A stretch of 33,945 nt of DNA from the NCBI GenBank assembly GCA_905373565.1, contig CAJPTT010000001.1, forward strand, positions 1 to 33,945. Reading direction: 5' to 3'. A program made the translations under genes and the position numbers. How positions within the stretch are numbered: position 1 is the stretch's first letter; every line of letters begins with the position of its first letter. Shown piece by piece: positions 16,236-26,819 of the stretch. The notes under the pieces were generated by a model. The model was not told the origin of the DNA, searched no databases, and saw only the letters and a list, made by a program, of their open reading frames with translations. Source of the stretch: an uncultured Treponema sp. (lineage in GTDB: Bacteria; Spirochaetota; Spirochaetia; Treponematales; Treponemataceae).

Positions 16236-19200
16236 TATCTTCTCCCCCAAAGAGCGTTCGGTATATCACCGGTAAAAACCTGTTCTGCCGCATATAGCGC
16301 TTCTTTTGTGCCGCTGGTCGGCAAGCCCAGTGTAAGACCTGCGGCTTCTGCGTATCTGGCGGCTGCTTTTTGTATATCGGCATCCGACAAGGCCGCCGTT
16401 CCTTGTGCGAGTTTTTCCGCCGCAGCATATATACTGGTACTGCCTCTGTAACGTGTTTTTCCCGTTATCAGCTTTTCCGATACACTGTCTACGATACCGT
16501 TAATAACCGGCACGCTGTCCGTGTACTGCGTAAAGGCGTAATACACGCCGCGCTTAATTTTATCCTTATCATCGTCGTCATCGCTGCCGAAGCCTTCCGT
16601 AACCGCACCTACCAATATACCTGCAAGCGCATAGCCGGTTATAATGCCGGCAGCCCGGCCGTATTGCTTGTTACGTATCGCGTTCGGTAAATCGTGGCGG
16701 ACATTGTTATAGATAACGTTGAGCGAGCTTTGAAACTGCAAAAGCATGCGCAGCGCTTCGCCGCCCTCACGAAAAAGCGGGGCAAGCTCTTCGGCCCTGC
16801 CTGAAGGCTGCGTGCGCACCAGCACGTCATCGGCATAGCGGCTCGCTTGCATGTCAATATCGTTATCGCTTAACGGTTTTTCAAGGCTTGCATTCTTTTT
16901 TCTTAAACGTGCTTCTTCTTCGCGATAGGCGGCAAGCCAACCGGGAGCAACACAGGTGCGGTCAATCCATTCCAAGCCCTGCATACCCAGCTGCTGGGCT
17001 TGTGTGATCGCTTTGCCCGCTTTTGTTTTTGCGTTCTGTGCAAGTTCGTCGGCGATTGTCTGCATCATATCAAAGCTGCGGTTTTTCATTAAAATGGAGC
17101 GCGAGTAGATGAAATCTTTCATCTTATCGTGGTGTATCGTCCAATCAACAGCCGCTTTTGTGTAATTGATAGGGTTTACATACTGCAAAAAAGGGGCGGG
17201 ACTGGTAATTCCTTGTTTTATAATGCCTGACAGTTTCCAACCCAAATATGCGGCAGCCGTATTGCCTCGCAAGACGCGCAATACCTTATCGGTAGATGAG
17301 TACACCCGACCTGCCGTCGGATCGATGATTGTGTTCACCTGTTTGTTAAGATAGCTTACCGCTTCTCGCCCGTAGGTCGTCTCAAGGTCTTTTATAAAAC
17401 GTTCCGAGCCATAGCCTTTAACTACGCGGTTTAACTTTTGTGCATATTTATCATAGGCAAATAATCGTTCATTCGCTTCAACGCTTTGCAGATACGTTGA
17501 TATAACATCAAGTTTTATCGGTTTTTGATAACCGCCCGATATGTCGGTACGTTCTTTTGTTTGTCCCTTTGCAATGCCGTGTCGCGTACCGGTTGCAAAC
17601 TCGCCCTGTATTTTCTTTTGTGTTTGCCGTGCATCTTCCTCGCCCGATACGTCCAATCGCTGCATGGGAAAATAATGTTCCACGATTTCGGTTATTTTAT
17701 TGTTTACCTCTTTGTCGTGTTTTTGCAAGCGTTCTCCTTGTTCTTTGTATTCTTTTTGTAAGTAAGTAACAAGGCTTGAAAGCCGCTTGTCTTTTGCTAA
17801 AAGCTCTTCTGCTTTTTTTACCACCGTATTCAAGCGCCGCTCGGTAGATACGTCAAGAGATGTTTTGCCGTCCCCCTTTTGGGCAAAATCACGCTCTTTT
17901 TGTTCGGCAAAGTTTCCGTACTGTACCGCTTCGCGCGATCTCTCATCAAAACTTGCAAGATATACACCGAGTATCTCTTTTACGGTAAGTGTTAACGACC
18001 TTCCTTCAAGCGGATTATGTATATTCTCGTAAAACTTATCAAACACGACCTTTGTATCAAGCTCCGATAAATCAAGTTTATGGTCTTTCAAAAAACTATA
18101 AAAAGAGTCGATTTTTTCATCGGTATTTTTCCGAAATACCGCATTGCATTCTCGCTGTTCATATTCAAAAAGGTCGTATAGCGTACCCTGACGGCCGCCG
18201 TCAAGCATTTCAATAAAGGCATACGGTCGCATTGCCACATACTTTGCTTTTCTCAAAAATGAACCGATGCCGCCGGTTTTACTTTTTTCTTCCTCGCTCC
18301 ATGCAGCAGGTGTTTCTTTGTATAAAGCCTTCCCGCGCCAGTTTTTAGCATTTCTAAAGGCCGAAATTCCGTCCATACGTATGCCTTCCGCTTCTGCACG
18401 CAACGCCGCTTTTTTCGCAAGATATTTTTTTCGCCCGTCTTTGTACACTTCATCTATTTTTTGTGCAAGCTCTATCAATTCATCGACCGTCCACTGTTTT
18501 AAGGGGCGGTGCGTAAGGCGAGCTGCCAACGTTTCCCCAAGAGTTGCCGCAGCTTCTTGTGCGATTTTTTCACTGCTCATCGCAGCGGTTTTCATGTCAT
18601 AAAAGTTTTTCTCGGTTCGGTTATATAAGCCCAAAGAAAAAAACTTGTTTCGGCCGGGAACAAGACGGGCGGCAAGTTTCTTATCATCTGCCGTCCATTC
18701 ATCGATATCCTTGTATTCGAATAAATTTCGTAATTGGCCCCATTCTTTTTTACGCGAAAGCATCCGGCTCAGTGTTTGCCGGTACTCCGGGCTTGTCTTC
18801 CACAGTGCATACGCTTCGCGTATAACAGGCTCCGCTTTATCAACCGTTGCATTAAACGCTTTTTGCACATTCCCTCTTAAATACCACTGTACCGCTACAA
18901 TCGATTGCGCTTCATCCACATTGCACGCTTTAAGATTTATACGCCGCATTACCGCTTTTAGAGCAACGTCGCGCGCTCGTATCGTGTCTGCCAAAACCCT
19001 GCGGCTGATTTTTTCATCACGCAGCTGCTGTTCAAGTTTCCCGATCTGCGATTTGTCCGATAGCGTGTCTTCGTGCATTTGCTGTATTTTGTTTTCAAGC
19101 GATTTAATATTTTGGTTTTTTGCCTTTACCAGCTGCTCGATTTTTCCGACATCATCAAGGGTAATATACCCTTTGCGGATATTTTGCTCCATTTCTTCGT

Positions 19201-22200
19201 TGTCGAGCGCCTGTATTAAATGCTCTTTTTCTTTTGCACTCATGTTTTCAAGGCGCAGTTCATCGAGTTTTATTGCCGACTGTTTGCGGCTTCTCAGCTT
19301 TGTCTTGATAATTTCATCGGTGCTGTCCGCATCTTTTACCCGCATATCCTGCCGCTCCATAATATCCGCGTACAACGAGCGATAGGTGCGGGCCGCATTA
19401 TTCATTTGCCCCCGGATATTTTTAATGGCATAATCTGATAAATCCTTGCCATGATACGCATTTATAAGCTGACTTTTCCACGCTTGATTGCGCATAACGT
19501 TTTCTATTCTTTCTTGCTTGCGTTTTAGCTCATCGCGGTATTGCGCATCGCTTTCATCTTGTGCCTCAAATTCATCAAAGTTAAAAAATGCTATCCGAGA
19601 TGCTTCTTTCAAAAACGCGCCTAATTTTTCATCGTCTTCCATTTCTTCCAAAAAGAGTGCGTCCTGCGTTTCGCTTCTGCTTTTTGCCTGTCCCTGTTTT
19701 TTCTCGCTCTGTTCAACTTGTGCAACCTGTCCGTTAAACGTCGCTTCCGCCCACGATTGCGTCCATGCTTTTTCCGCTTTCGTAAGACTTATCAGCGCCT
19801 CATATCCGTTCAGCCGGGCAAATACGTTCCGAAATCCTTCCACGTTTTGCATAAGCGCATTCATGGCAAGTTTCTGTTGCTTTTCGGTAAAAGCTTTACC
19901 GTTTGCTATCTGATACGACAAGGTGGCAAAAACTGCGGCGGAACTCAAATTATGTATCATATCGGCCGTAGGCCCTGCGCTTTGCGAGGCGCTTATGTAT
20001 TGCTTCATAAAATCACGCAGCACTTCTTTATTCTGCATAATTTTTATAAAGGTGTCGTTTTTTGCCTTTTCATCTTTTGTATCTTTTTTAAGTGCTTCTT
20101 CAAGTTCCGGCGTAATAGCATCGCGAAACGCTTTGTCATACAATGCCCGCTGTTCGCTGTCGCCGTAAAACATGCGGTAGAATCTTCCGACATCGACGTC
20201 TTCGCCGATAATAATTTTTTCTATGTCGTCTTTTATCACCTCTTTATTGATAGCCTGCGCACTTTCATCATAAAAATCTTTTTCAGTTTGGAAATAGATA
20301 TTATCCGTACCCTCGTACTGTTTGCGAACCGCTTCCATCCCCTGCGTTTCTTCTTGCGTCTGTTCCGTTTGAAACAGCATGTCTTTAAGCTCTTCATCGC
20401 TTAAACGCCCGGCATACCGCGCAGCGTTTGCCGCTTTATCATACGAGGCTTTCACTTCTTCATTTTTGCTTTCTTCGCTGTTGACCGCATCGGTATCCTG
20501 TGCTATAGTATCGGTATCGGAGCCGTGCAATAAAGGGACATCGGTTCGCTTTGAATGGGTGTCAATCCTGAGTGCGGCTTCTTTTTTTATTTGGTCTATT
20601 GCAATATCTTCAAGCGATACGTCTTCCAAATAGTAATGGTATGCCTTGTTATCTTTGTTCTGTATTTCTTTTACCGTTAAATGCGCCTTGTACGTTTTAT
20701 CATTAACCGTTAAGCCAGCTTCAAAATATTTTACACTTTCTATTTCAGGCCTATAGTGTCTATCCTCTGCTGTATTTGTCTGTACTGCCGATTCAATCAA
20801 TTTATCAAGCGCCTGCATAGAAAGTATTTGTTCTCTGCTTTTTGTTTTAGACCGCCACTCGTCTATAATATCCCGTGATACGCGAATATCCGTATCGGTG
20901 TCCGCATTATGATAGCTGTTTCCTTGAAAATGCTCTTTTGCATAAGACATATATTTGTCTTTAAGCGCCGCATTATCGAGCGCTTTATCTTCGGTTGTTT
21001 CACGTATTTTGTTGTTTTCATAATCCTCGATAGAAGGGTGCTTGCCCGTAGTGTTTTTCTTTGCCGTGCGTTCGTTTTGCGCTTGTGTAACGCTTTGTTC
21101 GGCTTCCTTTAAGACGCTCTTTTGACCGCCCAAAAGCTCATCGTATACCTGCCGTATATCGTCATTTATATGCAATAATTCTTGTAGGCCCTTGTATATG
21201 CGGGCCAAAAACTCCGCCGCCTTTTGAAACACCGTCTTTAACTCTTGAGTTGGTGCAACTCCTTCTTTCAAATATTGCTCAAATCCTTGCGCAAACTTCT
21301 CTTCTTGGCTCCGTGTCCATTTACCGTCGGTTACTCCGAATGCTTTTTCCGCTTTTTGTAACAGATCTCCTTGCATCGTGCGCCGCGCAACGTGCGATAC
21401 TTCATGTACGAATGTACTGAAATCGGCTTTTTCGCTTACATACACAAGAGCCTTTATATCGTTCGCAAGTTCCGTAAAATCGGTAGCACCTTTTATGCCG
21501 CTTTTTTCTATATCTTGCTGGGCGGCAACTCTTTGCATATTCGCAGGCTCTTTATTCGTCAAAATCTCATCGGCATAGTACGTGTTAAGATAGGTTTGCG
21601 CATCCATGCCGGCACCCTGCGCAAGCGCGTCAAAAACCGCAACGGCCGTATGCCGCTCAGCTTCGGACAGTTGCGGCATTGTTTCCTTTAAGCGCTCATA
21701 TAGTTTTATATCCGCTCTTTTTTCTTCTGCCGTGTCGCTGTCGGCAAAATACTGTAAGCCGTTTTGTTTTCCCGTAGGATTTTCGGCAATCAATTCATTT
21801 TTTACGGCCTGCAAGGTTTCACCTTTCGGCTCCCATATAATACGGCTTCCGGCAAATTTTTCGGTAAAATCCCGTACAAACTCTTTTATAATACCTTTGT
21901 ACCGTTCGCTCATCATCTCAACGCCGGTAATTTTCACCGTGTTTTTATTTGTGTCCTGCGTGTAATAAATATGGCCGTAGTCGTTATCATCGGTTTCCCG
22001 CGTCGGGTCTCCTGCAACGTATTCACCCTTTACAATGCCGCTTTCGTATTCGGTACGGTCTCCCTCGGTTATGTACAACCTATCCTTATGACGCACCACA
22101 TCGGCTGGCACCCCATAGCGTTTTACCTTTTTATGTACTTCACCGTTTTCATCCGCCTCAAGGACCGCCTTTCCCTGTTCGTCCGTTTCGTATACGGTGT

Positions 22201-23623
22201 TTCCTTTTTCATCTATGACCGCTTCGCCTTCAACGCGCGCTTCACTCGATAGCCACTCGTCATAATCGTTTATTTTGCTGCGTTGAAAGCGTTCCCGCTT
22301 AGCCTTCTGCGCGTCAAAAATGTTATGCAGTTCCTCTTTGGTGTCTTCTTCGGTCATTCCCTCAAAAACAACGTTGTCTTTGTTTTTGCGTATAAAAGCT
22401 TCTTCCGACGGCGTGCTTATGGCATCTTTTTGTAACGCGGTCGCTTCCGTTTTATTCATGTGTGCAAACTTTACCGCACCCGGCACGCCTAAAAGCAAGG
22501 ATCCTGCAAGACCGCCCTTAAAACTCTCCCATGTTTTTTCTGCAACCTCAACGGCCGTGTCGGTTTCAACGCCTTCGCCTTGTAGCACACTGGCCAATTC
22601 TTTGCCGCCTGCACTTACAAGCTCTTGTATTGCTTCTTCAATGCCTTCCTCAAAAACGTCGGCCCCGTAAAACAAGAGCGCTTTACCCATGTGGCCGAAT
22701 ACACCTTTTGCATTGAGGCGCGTTAAAAGTTTACTTACAACCTTGTCGGCTCCCAATCCTTTACCGGTAACGCCTGCAACGTGTCCCAATGCAGTCTCTA
22801 CCACTGCCTGCAAGCTGCCTGAAAGAAGTGCAACGTTTCGTGCAATATCTTTTTTCACCCCTGCCTTACGTAGCTCCCAATATTCAAGTCCTGTTTGCAG
22901 TTCGGCCGACACGCCGAAACCGACGGCCGTTCCCAGTGCCGGATTGACCGCGCTTGCCGCAAGAGAAGGTGCTAAAACGGCGGCAGAGTAGGGCACCGTG
23001 TTCGCCCCGCTCTTCAAAAGGTTTACCAACCAGTTACGGGGGATTTTGTCCTGAAGCTGCGCGCTGTCGCTTTCCAAGTCGTTAAGATATTCAAGAGCTG
23101 TCTGTATTTCTCTTTCATCGCCTAAGCCTTCGGCTTTCATTAAATCGCGGCCGGCAGTACTCATTTTCAGTGTATTTATGCCGATTTCAAAGCTGTCGGC
23201 GACCGCCTTAAAATTTCCTTTGTGCGCTTCAATGCCGACTCCCAGCCAATTACGGTTTATCGCATCGAGATTTTCATAGGCAAAATCAAGCGGAATATTA
23301 AAGCCTTCAGCATATTTTACCGCCGTCGCAAATTTGTATATTTGTTCTTCGGGATTTTCGCTGTGCTCAAGCATAACATTCAAAAGCGAGCGCTGTTTGT
23401 CGTCAAGGTCGATTAAATACGTGTCCTTAAAATCTTCGCGTTCTTTACGTTTTTCATCCAGCCGCGCTCCGATACTTTCGGCGCTTAAAAATGAATAATC
23501 GGCACTTTTTTTCTCTTGCGTATTCGCCGTATTAAATACTTCGTTCGGCTCCGTGTCGGCTGCATAATAGCGCGTCCTGCCGCTTCTACTGTATACTTCT
23601 TGCACAAGTCTATTATCCGCCAT
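16235..23623 (-). CDS. Large polyvalent internal virion (ejection) protein
   Basis: 2462 aa at the third ejection-gene position. Zincin motif TFVHEVSH at 21392-21406, an LPD3/BECR-like segment at about 20620-20960, and a long helical C-terminus. Confidence 0.78.
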   Translation of the reverse strand: MADNRLVQEVYSRSGRTRYYAADTEPNEVFNTANTQEKKSADYSFLSAESIGARLDEKRKEREDFKDTYLIDLDDKQRSLLNVMLEHSENPEEQIYKFATAVKYAEGFNIPLDFAYENLDAINRNWLGVGIEAHKGNFKAVADSFEIGINTLKMSTAGRDLMKAEGLGDEREIQTALEYLNDLESDSAQLQDKIPRNWLVNLLKSGANTVPYSAAVLAPSLAASAVNPALGTAVGFGVSAELQTGLEYWELRKAGVKKDIARNVALLSGSLQAVVETALGHVAGVTGKGLGADKVVSKLLTRLNAKGVFGHMGKALLFYGADVFEEGIEEAIQELVSAGGKELASVLQGEGVETDTAVEVAEKTWESFKGGLAGSLLLGVPGAVKFAHMNKTEATALQKDAISTPSEEAFIRKNKDNVVFEGMTEEDTKEELHNIFDAQKAKRERFQRSKINDYDEWLSSEARVEGEAVIDEKGNTVYETDEQGKAVLEADENGEVHKKVKRYGVPADVVRHKDRLYITEGDRTEYESGIVKGEYVAGDPTRETDDNDYGHIYYTQDTNKNTVKITGVEMMSERYKGIIKEFVRDFTEKFAGSRIIWEPKGETLQAVKNELIAENPTGKQNGLQYFADSDTAEEKRADIKLYERLKETMPQLSEAERHTAVAVFDALAQGAGMDAQTYLNTYYADEILTNKEPANMQRVAAQQDIEKSGIKGATDFTELANDIKALVYVSEKADFSTFVHEVSHVARRTMQGDLLQKAEKAFGVTDGKWTRSQEEKFAQGFEQYLKEGVAPTQELKTVFQKAAEFLARIYKGLQELLHINDDIRQVYDELLGGQKSVLKEAEQSVTQAQNERTAKKNTTGKHPSIEDYENNKIRETTEDKALDNAALKDKYMSYAKEHFQGNSYHNADTDTDIRVSRDIIDEWRSKTKSREQILSMQALDKLIESAVQTNTAEDRHYRPEIESVKYFEAGLTVNDKTYKAHLTVKEIQNKDNKAYHYYLEDVSLEDIAIDQIKKEAALRIDTHSKRTDVPLLHGSDTDTIAQDTDAVNSEESKNEEVKASYDKAANAARYAGRLSDEELKDMLFQTEQTQEETQGMEAVRKQYEGTDNIYFQTEKDFYDESAQAINKEVIKDDIEKIIIGEDVDVGRFYRMFYGDSEQRALYDKAFRDAITPELEEALKKDTKDEKAKNDTFIKIMQNKEVLRDFMKQYISASQSAGPTADMIHNLSSAAVFATLSYQIANGKAFTEKQQKLAMNALMQNVEGFRNVFARLNGYEALISLTKAEKAWTQSWAEATFNGQVAQVEQSEKKQGQAKSRSETQDALFLEEMEDDEKLGAFLKEASRIAFFNFDEFEAQDESDAQYRDELKRKQERIENVMRNQAWKSQLINAYHGKDLSDYAIKNIRGQMNNAARTYRSLYADIMERQDMRVKDADSTDEIIKTKLRSRKQSAIKLDELRLENMSAKEKEHLIQALDNEEMEQNIRKGYITLDDVGKIEQLVKAKNQNIKSLENKIQQMHEDTLSDKSQIGKLEQQLRDEKISRRVLADTIRARDVALKAVMRRINLKACNVDEAQSIVAVQWYLRGNVQKAFNATVDKAEPVIREAYALWKTSPEYRQTLSRMLSRKKEWGQLRNLFEYKDIDEWTADDKKLAARLVPGRNKFFSLGLYNRTEKNFYDMKTAAMSSEKIAQEAAATLGETLAARLTHRPLKQWTVDELIELAQKIDEVYKDGRKKYLAKKAALRAEAEGIRMDGISAFRNAKNWRGKALYKETPAAWSEEEKSKTGGIGSFLRKAKYVAMRPYAFIEMLDGGRQGTLYDLFEYEQRECNAVFRKNTDEKIDSFYSFLKDHKLDLSELDTKVVFDKFYENIHNPLEGRSLTLTVKEILGVYLASFDERSREAVQYGNFAEQKERDFAQKGDGKTSLDVSTERRLNTVVKKAEELLAKDKRLSSLVTYLQKEYKEQGERLQKHDKEVNNKITEIVEHYFPMQRLDVSGEEDARQTQKKIQGEFATGTRHGIAKGQTKERTDISGGYQKPIKLDVISTYLQSVEANERLFAYDKYAQKLNRVVKGYGSERFIKDLETTYGREAVSYLNKQVNTIIDPTAGRVYSSTDKVLRVLRGNTAAAYLGWKLSGIIKQGITSPAPFLQYVNPINYTKAAVDWTIHHDKMKDFIYSRSILMKNRSFDMMQTIADELAQNAKTKAGKAITQAQQLGMQGLEWIDRTCVAPGWLAAYREEEARLRKKNASLEKPLSDNDIDMQASRYADDVLVRTQPSGRAEELAPLFREGGEALRMLLQFQSSLNVIYNNVRHDLPNAIRNKQYGRAAGIITGYALAGILVGAVTEGFGSDDDDDKDKIKRGVYYAFTQYTDSVPVINGIVDSVSEKLITGKTRYRGSTSIYAAAEKLAQGTAALSDADIQKAAARYAEAAGLTLGLPTSGTKEALYAAEQVFTGDIPNALWGRR

Positions 23624-23625
23624 AA

Positions 23626-25761
23626 TTATCTTCCCTTTTCCTGCAATTTTTGCTCATACAGTCTAATAATTGCCTCTTCTGCCTCTTTCAATTTGCTGCG
23701 GTTAAATGTATTATCTTCTTTTACTTCTTGTTGCGCTTCCAAAAACAACCCCTGATTTTCAGGCGCAATCTTTTCTACATACAGCTTAAAGCGGCGGCTA
23801 TAATTTTCAGCTGTGTATGCACCGGTTTCATCATCGCCGAATAAATTCATGCCTAATGCTTTTCGTTGAAATTTTTTCGTTGCTTTTGCAACTTCTTTTG
23901 AAGTCTTTTCCGGCTGAACGGTCCGTAACCTGCCGCTTTCGGTTTTTTCAATCGGCAGCACGTCATATATTTCCTTGCCTTTTTTATCCTGCGTTATTCT
24001 GACAGAATAAACCGGTTTATTATTTTCATCTGTAAAAAGCACCGAACCGTCATCTTGAATAGTTTTATTATATTTATCGCCGGCATCTCCGACACTTATA
24101 TTTTCAAACTGTGCCACACGATCAAGTGCAATATTAAGCAGGCGGCCTTCACGTTCTTCTCCCTGGTCTGTACCGATATTGCTTCCGAAGGTGTCTTCGT
24201 CTTTGGTGTTTTCGAGTGCCCGTGCATTCTCTACGACGTTTTTATCGTTTGAGTTGTTTTTCATCTCTTTCGCAAACACGCCGTCAACCGCATTGTTTAC
24301 AACGGTTTTAAGACCGTCTACGTTAAGTCTCCCGTCTTTTGTCGTAAAATCCGCAGCATGTGAAGCAATCTGCGCTTTAACGAGCGCCTGTGTGTATAGT
24401 ACTTGTTCTTTTCCCTTCGGTGTTTGTGCCCACTTATTGCCGTATTTTTCCCGCAAAATGTTTTCTACGGTCGTGTCTAAGTCGCTTACATAATCTGCAA
24501 CCCCTGCCGGCGCATACGGTGCTTTAAGCAGCGTATCGGCAAACTTAAACAGCGCGCCGCCCCATTCGGCCTGTATTAAAGGCTCGTTTTCAGGGTCTGT
24601 TGCAATCATCTTCGGTATAACCTCATCACGAAAATGCTCTACCAACTGTTTGGCGGAAAAATGTTCCGTCCGTGTTTTACCGTCTTTATCCGTTACGGTA
24701 ATACCGTTCACCCTAAGTACGTGTAAATAATCTACCACATCATCTTTTTTCATTTTTGCATAGGCGCCATATATCCCTTTTTTACCGGCTTGCCGAATGT
24801 TATCGAAAACACTGAACTTCTGTGTATACTCGTCGCGCAGCGAGGCGCTCAAACCGTCCCCCTTATACTGTGCGTCCCGCTGTTGTATATACTCAAGGCC
24901 CCTTTGTGCCATAAGAAGTGCGCCGTCAAAATCTCCTTGTGATAACAGCGGCAGCATCTGCGCGTATATTTGAGAGGCACCCTGTTCGCTTTCCTTCCAG
25001 CGTAATTGCTGTTTTTCGCTAAAGTAGCCGGTAACAGATGCCTTTGCTTTGTCCATTACCATATCCTGCGTTATCGTGTCCCCTGCAACGCTCGTATATG
25101 TCCCCTTATAGCTTCCGACTTTTGCCAATACTGTTTCAAGATTATCCATGTCATCAACGGCCGCTTTTCCCGCATTGACCATATCGGTGAACATGACATT
25201 CACGGCCCCTTCTTTCATATGCTGGTTCAGTTGCGCATAATCGATAAGACCTCCTTCATACATATTCAGCAAAGTTTTTTGTATATCCTCAACTTTTTGC
25301 TCGCCTGAGCTTTTGGTATATACGCTGCCGTCTTCAAGGACAACCTCTTTATCCGTGTAGGCAGTTGAGTTTACCATGCGATTGACCAGCGCATAGCCGT
25401 TTGTAACGGTTTCAAGCCGCCTTTTTTGATCTGCGGCATGACGCACCGTTAAGCGCTGTTTCATTTCAGCATCCTTATATTGACTGTCGTATATTTTTCG
25501 GGCGTAGGGACTGGTAAGGTTTTTTGCTCCAGCGTTATACGCTTTCGCCTTAAAACTTTCCCAGTCTTTCTCGTAATTCTCCCAATCACCGGAGTTCTGT
25601 ATATCCATTAAGAAGCGGTCAAACGCTTCGGCGTTTTCGAGTTGTGCATTTTGCACTTCGATTGCCGCTTGTGCTCGATACTCTTTATCCAACGAGTTAA
25701 GTACCGTTTGTGTAGCTCCGGTTGCCGCCTGAAATGCATCAAAAAGACTTGCTCTACCCAT
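23626..25761 (-). CDS. Internal virion / ejection protein 2
   Basis: 711 aa, helical and Ala/Gln/Lys-rich; syntenic position between the small and giant ejection genes. Confidence 0.62.
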   Translation of the reverse strand: MGRASLFDAFQAATGATQTVLNSLDKEYRAQAAIEVQNAQLENAEAFDRFLMDIQNSGDWENYEKDWESFKAKAYNAGAKNLTSPYARKIYDSQYKDAEMKQRLTVRHAADQKRRLETVTNGYALVNRMVNSTAYTDKEVVLEDGSVYTKSSGEQKVEDIQKTLLNMYEGGLIDYAQLNQHMKEGAVNVMFTDMVNAGKAAVDDMDNLETVLAKVGSYKGTYTSVAGDTITQDMVMDKAKASVTGYFSEKQQLRWKESEQGASQIYAQMLPLLSQGDFDGALLMAQRGLEYIQQRDAQYKGDGLSASLRDEYTQKFSVFDNIRQAGKKGIYGAYAKMKKDDVVDYLHVLRVNGITVTDKDGKTRTEHFSAKQLVEHFRDEVIPKMIATDPENEPLIQAEWGGALFKFADTLLKAPYAPAGVADYVSDLDTTVENILREKYGNKWAQTPKGKEQVLYTQALVKAQIASHAADFTTKDGRLNVDGLKTVVNNAVDGVFAKEMKNNSNDKNVVENARALENTKDEDTFGSNIGTDQGEEREGRLLNIALDRVAQFENISVGDAGDKYNKTIQDDGSVLFTDENNKPVYSVRITQDKKGKEIYDVLPIEKTESGRLRTVQPEKTSKEVAKATKKFQRKALGMNLFGDDETGAYTAENYSRRFKLYVEKIAPENQGLFLEAQQEVKEDNTFNRSKLKEAEEAIIRLYEQKLQEKGR

Positions 25762-25772
25762 TATCTACTCCC

Positions 25773-26810
25773 TTAAAACAGATTGTCGAACGGATTACGC
25801 ACCTTTTGCGCGTTTGATAAATACGAGTTCGGCAAAAACGGAGAGCCTTCACTATATGGCCGGTGGGCACTAAATGTCGAGGACACTCCCTGCACTGTGC
25901 CGGCGGCAGCTGTCATGGCGGGAGTTGCCCAATTGTTTGCAAAGTTTGCAACCCCGCTTCCGAAATTAAAGCCTGATGAAAATCCGTTGAATAAATCCGT
26001 TAACCCGTCTAAAAAACCGTATCCTGCACGATCGTAGGCACGGCTCAGCGCTTGTTGCTTAAAATAACCGCCCAGATTCTGTAAATTGATGTTCCCCTGT
26101 AAATCGGCTCTGCGGTTATCTATTTTTTGATTAAATAAATTAACCGCTCTTCCGCCGTCCGAATAGTCGGCTTTTAACTGCTTGGAATCCCGAAAGGCCA
26201 TATTTGCGGCATCTCTTGTTTCGTCAATGCGCTGCATGCCGCTTCTTAAAGACGCCCACGCACTCATAAGGTTTGTTTCCCGTTCCGCCTTCCGCTGATT
26301 TTGCATAAGGGATAAATCCTGATCGAAGTTTTGCGCATTTTGTTCCAAAAGCGCTTCTGCGCTGTTTGTGCCTGCCCGTGTCCCTGATAAGCCAAAAGCG
26401 GCTTTCATTTGCCCTTGCGCATGTGCAAAGTTCTGCCTTCCGCGCTGTTCCGTGCGCAGCGCATTGTCGTCGGCAATTTTGTCTTTTTTAACGGCAAGAT
26501 TAAAAGCCCGCCCGGTCAACGTTTCATCAAGATCGCTTTTGTCATCAAGCCTTTCACCCTGATGCCATATATCACCTGCTTTGCGTATCGCATCTTCCTG
26601 TTCAATCTTAAATGCGGATTTTGCATAGGCGATATCACGTTCAGCGGCCGCCTTTTGCTCTTGTATCTGTGCTTCGCGCATTCGCCTTTCGGCTTCTTTT
26701 TGTGCCGCAATCTCTTCTTGCTCTTCCCAAGATCGATTCAATCCGGAAAAAATGCCGAAACCCGCACCGAGTGCGCCGAATGCAAGTCCCAATCCCAACA
26801 TTAAACCCAT
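25773..26810 (-). CDS. Internal virion / ejection protein 1
   Basis: Gly-rich hydrophobic N-terminus (MGLMLGLGLAFGALGAGFGIFSG) plus coiled coil; follows the nozzle gene. Confidence 0.65.
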   Translation of the reverse strand: MGLMLGLGLAFGALGAGFGIFSGLNRSWEEQEEIAAQKEAERRMREAQIQEQKAAAERDIAYAKSAFKIEQEDAIRKAGDIWHQGERLDDKSDLDETLTGRAFNLAVKKDKIADDNALRTEQRGRQNFAHAQGQMKAAFGLSGTRAGTNSAEALLEQNAQNFDQDLSLMQNQRKAERETNLMSAWASLRSGMQRIDETRDAANMAFRDSKQLKADYSDGGRAVNLFNQKIDNRRADLQGNINLQNLGGYFKQQALSRAYDRAGYGFLDGLTDLFNGFSSGFNFGSGVANFANNWATPAMTAAAGTVQGVSSTFSAHRPYSEGSPFLPNSYLSNAQKVRNPFDNLF

Positions 26811-26819
26811 AACAGCCCC

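Noticed and set aside
18645..20404. Long plus-strand ORFs (246 aa, 228 aa and others) opposite the giant gene
   Set aside because: Antisense shadows with Ser/Phe-rich composition, no clear RBS and no motifs.
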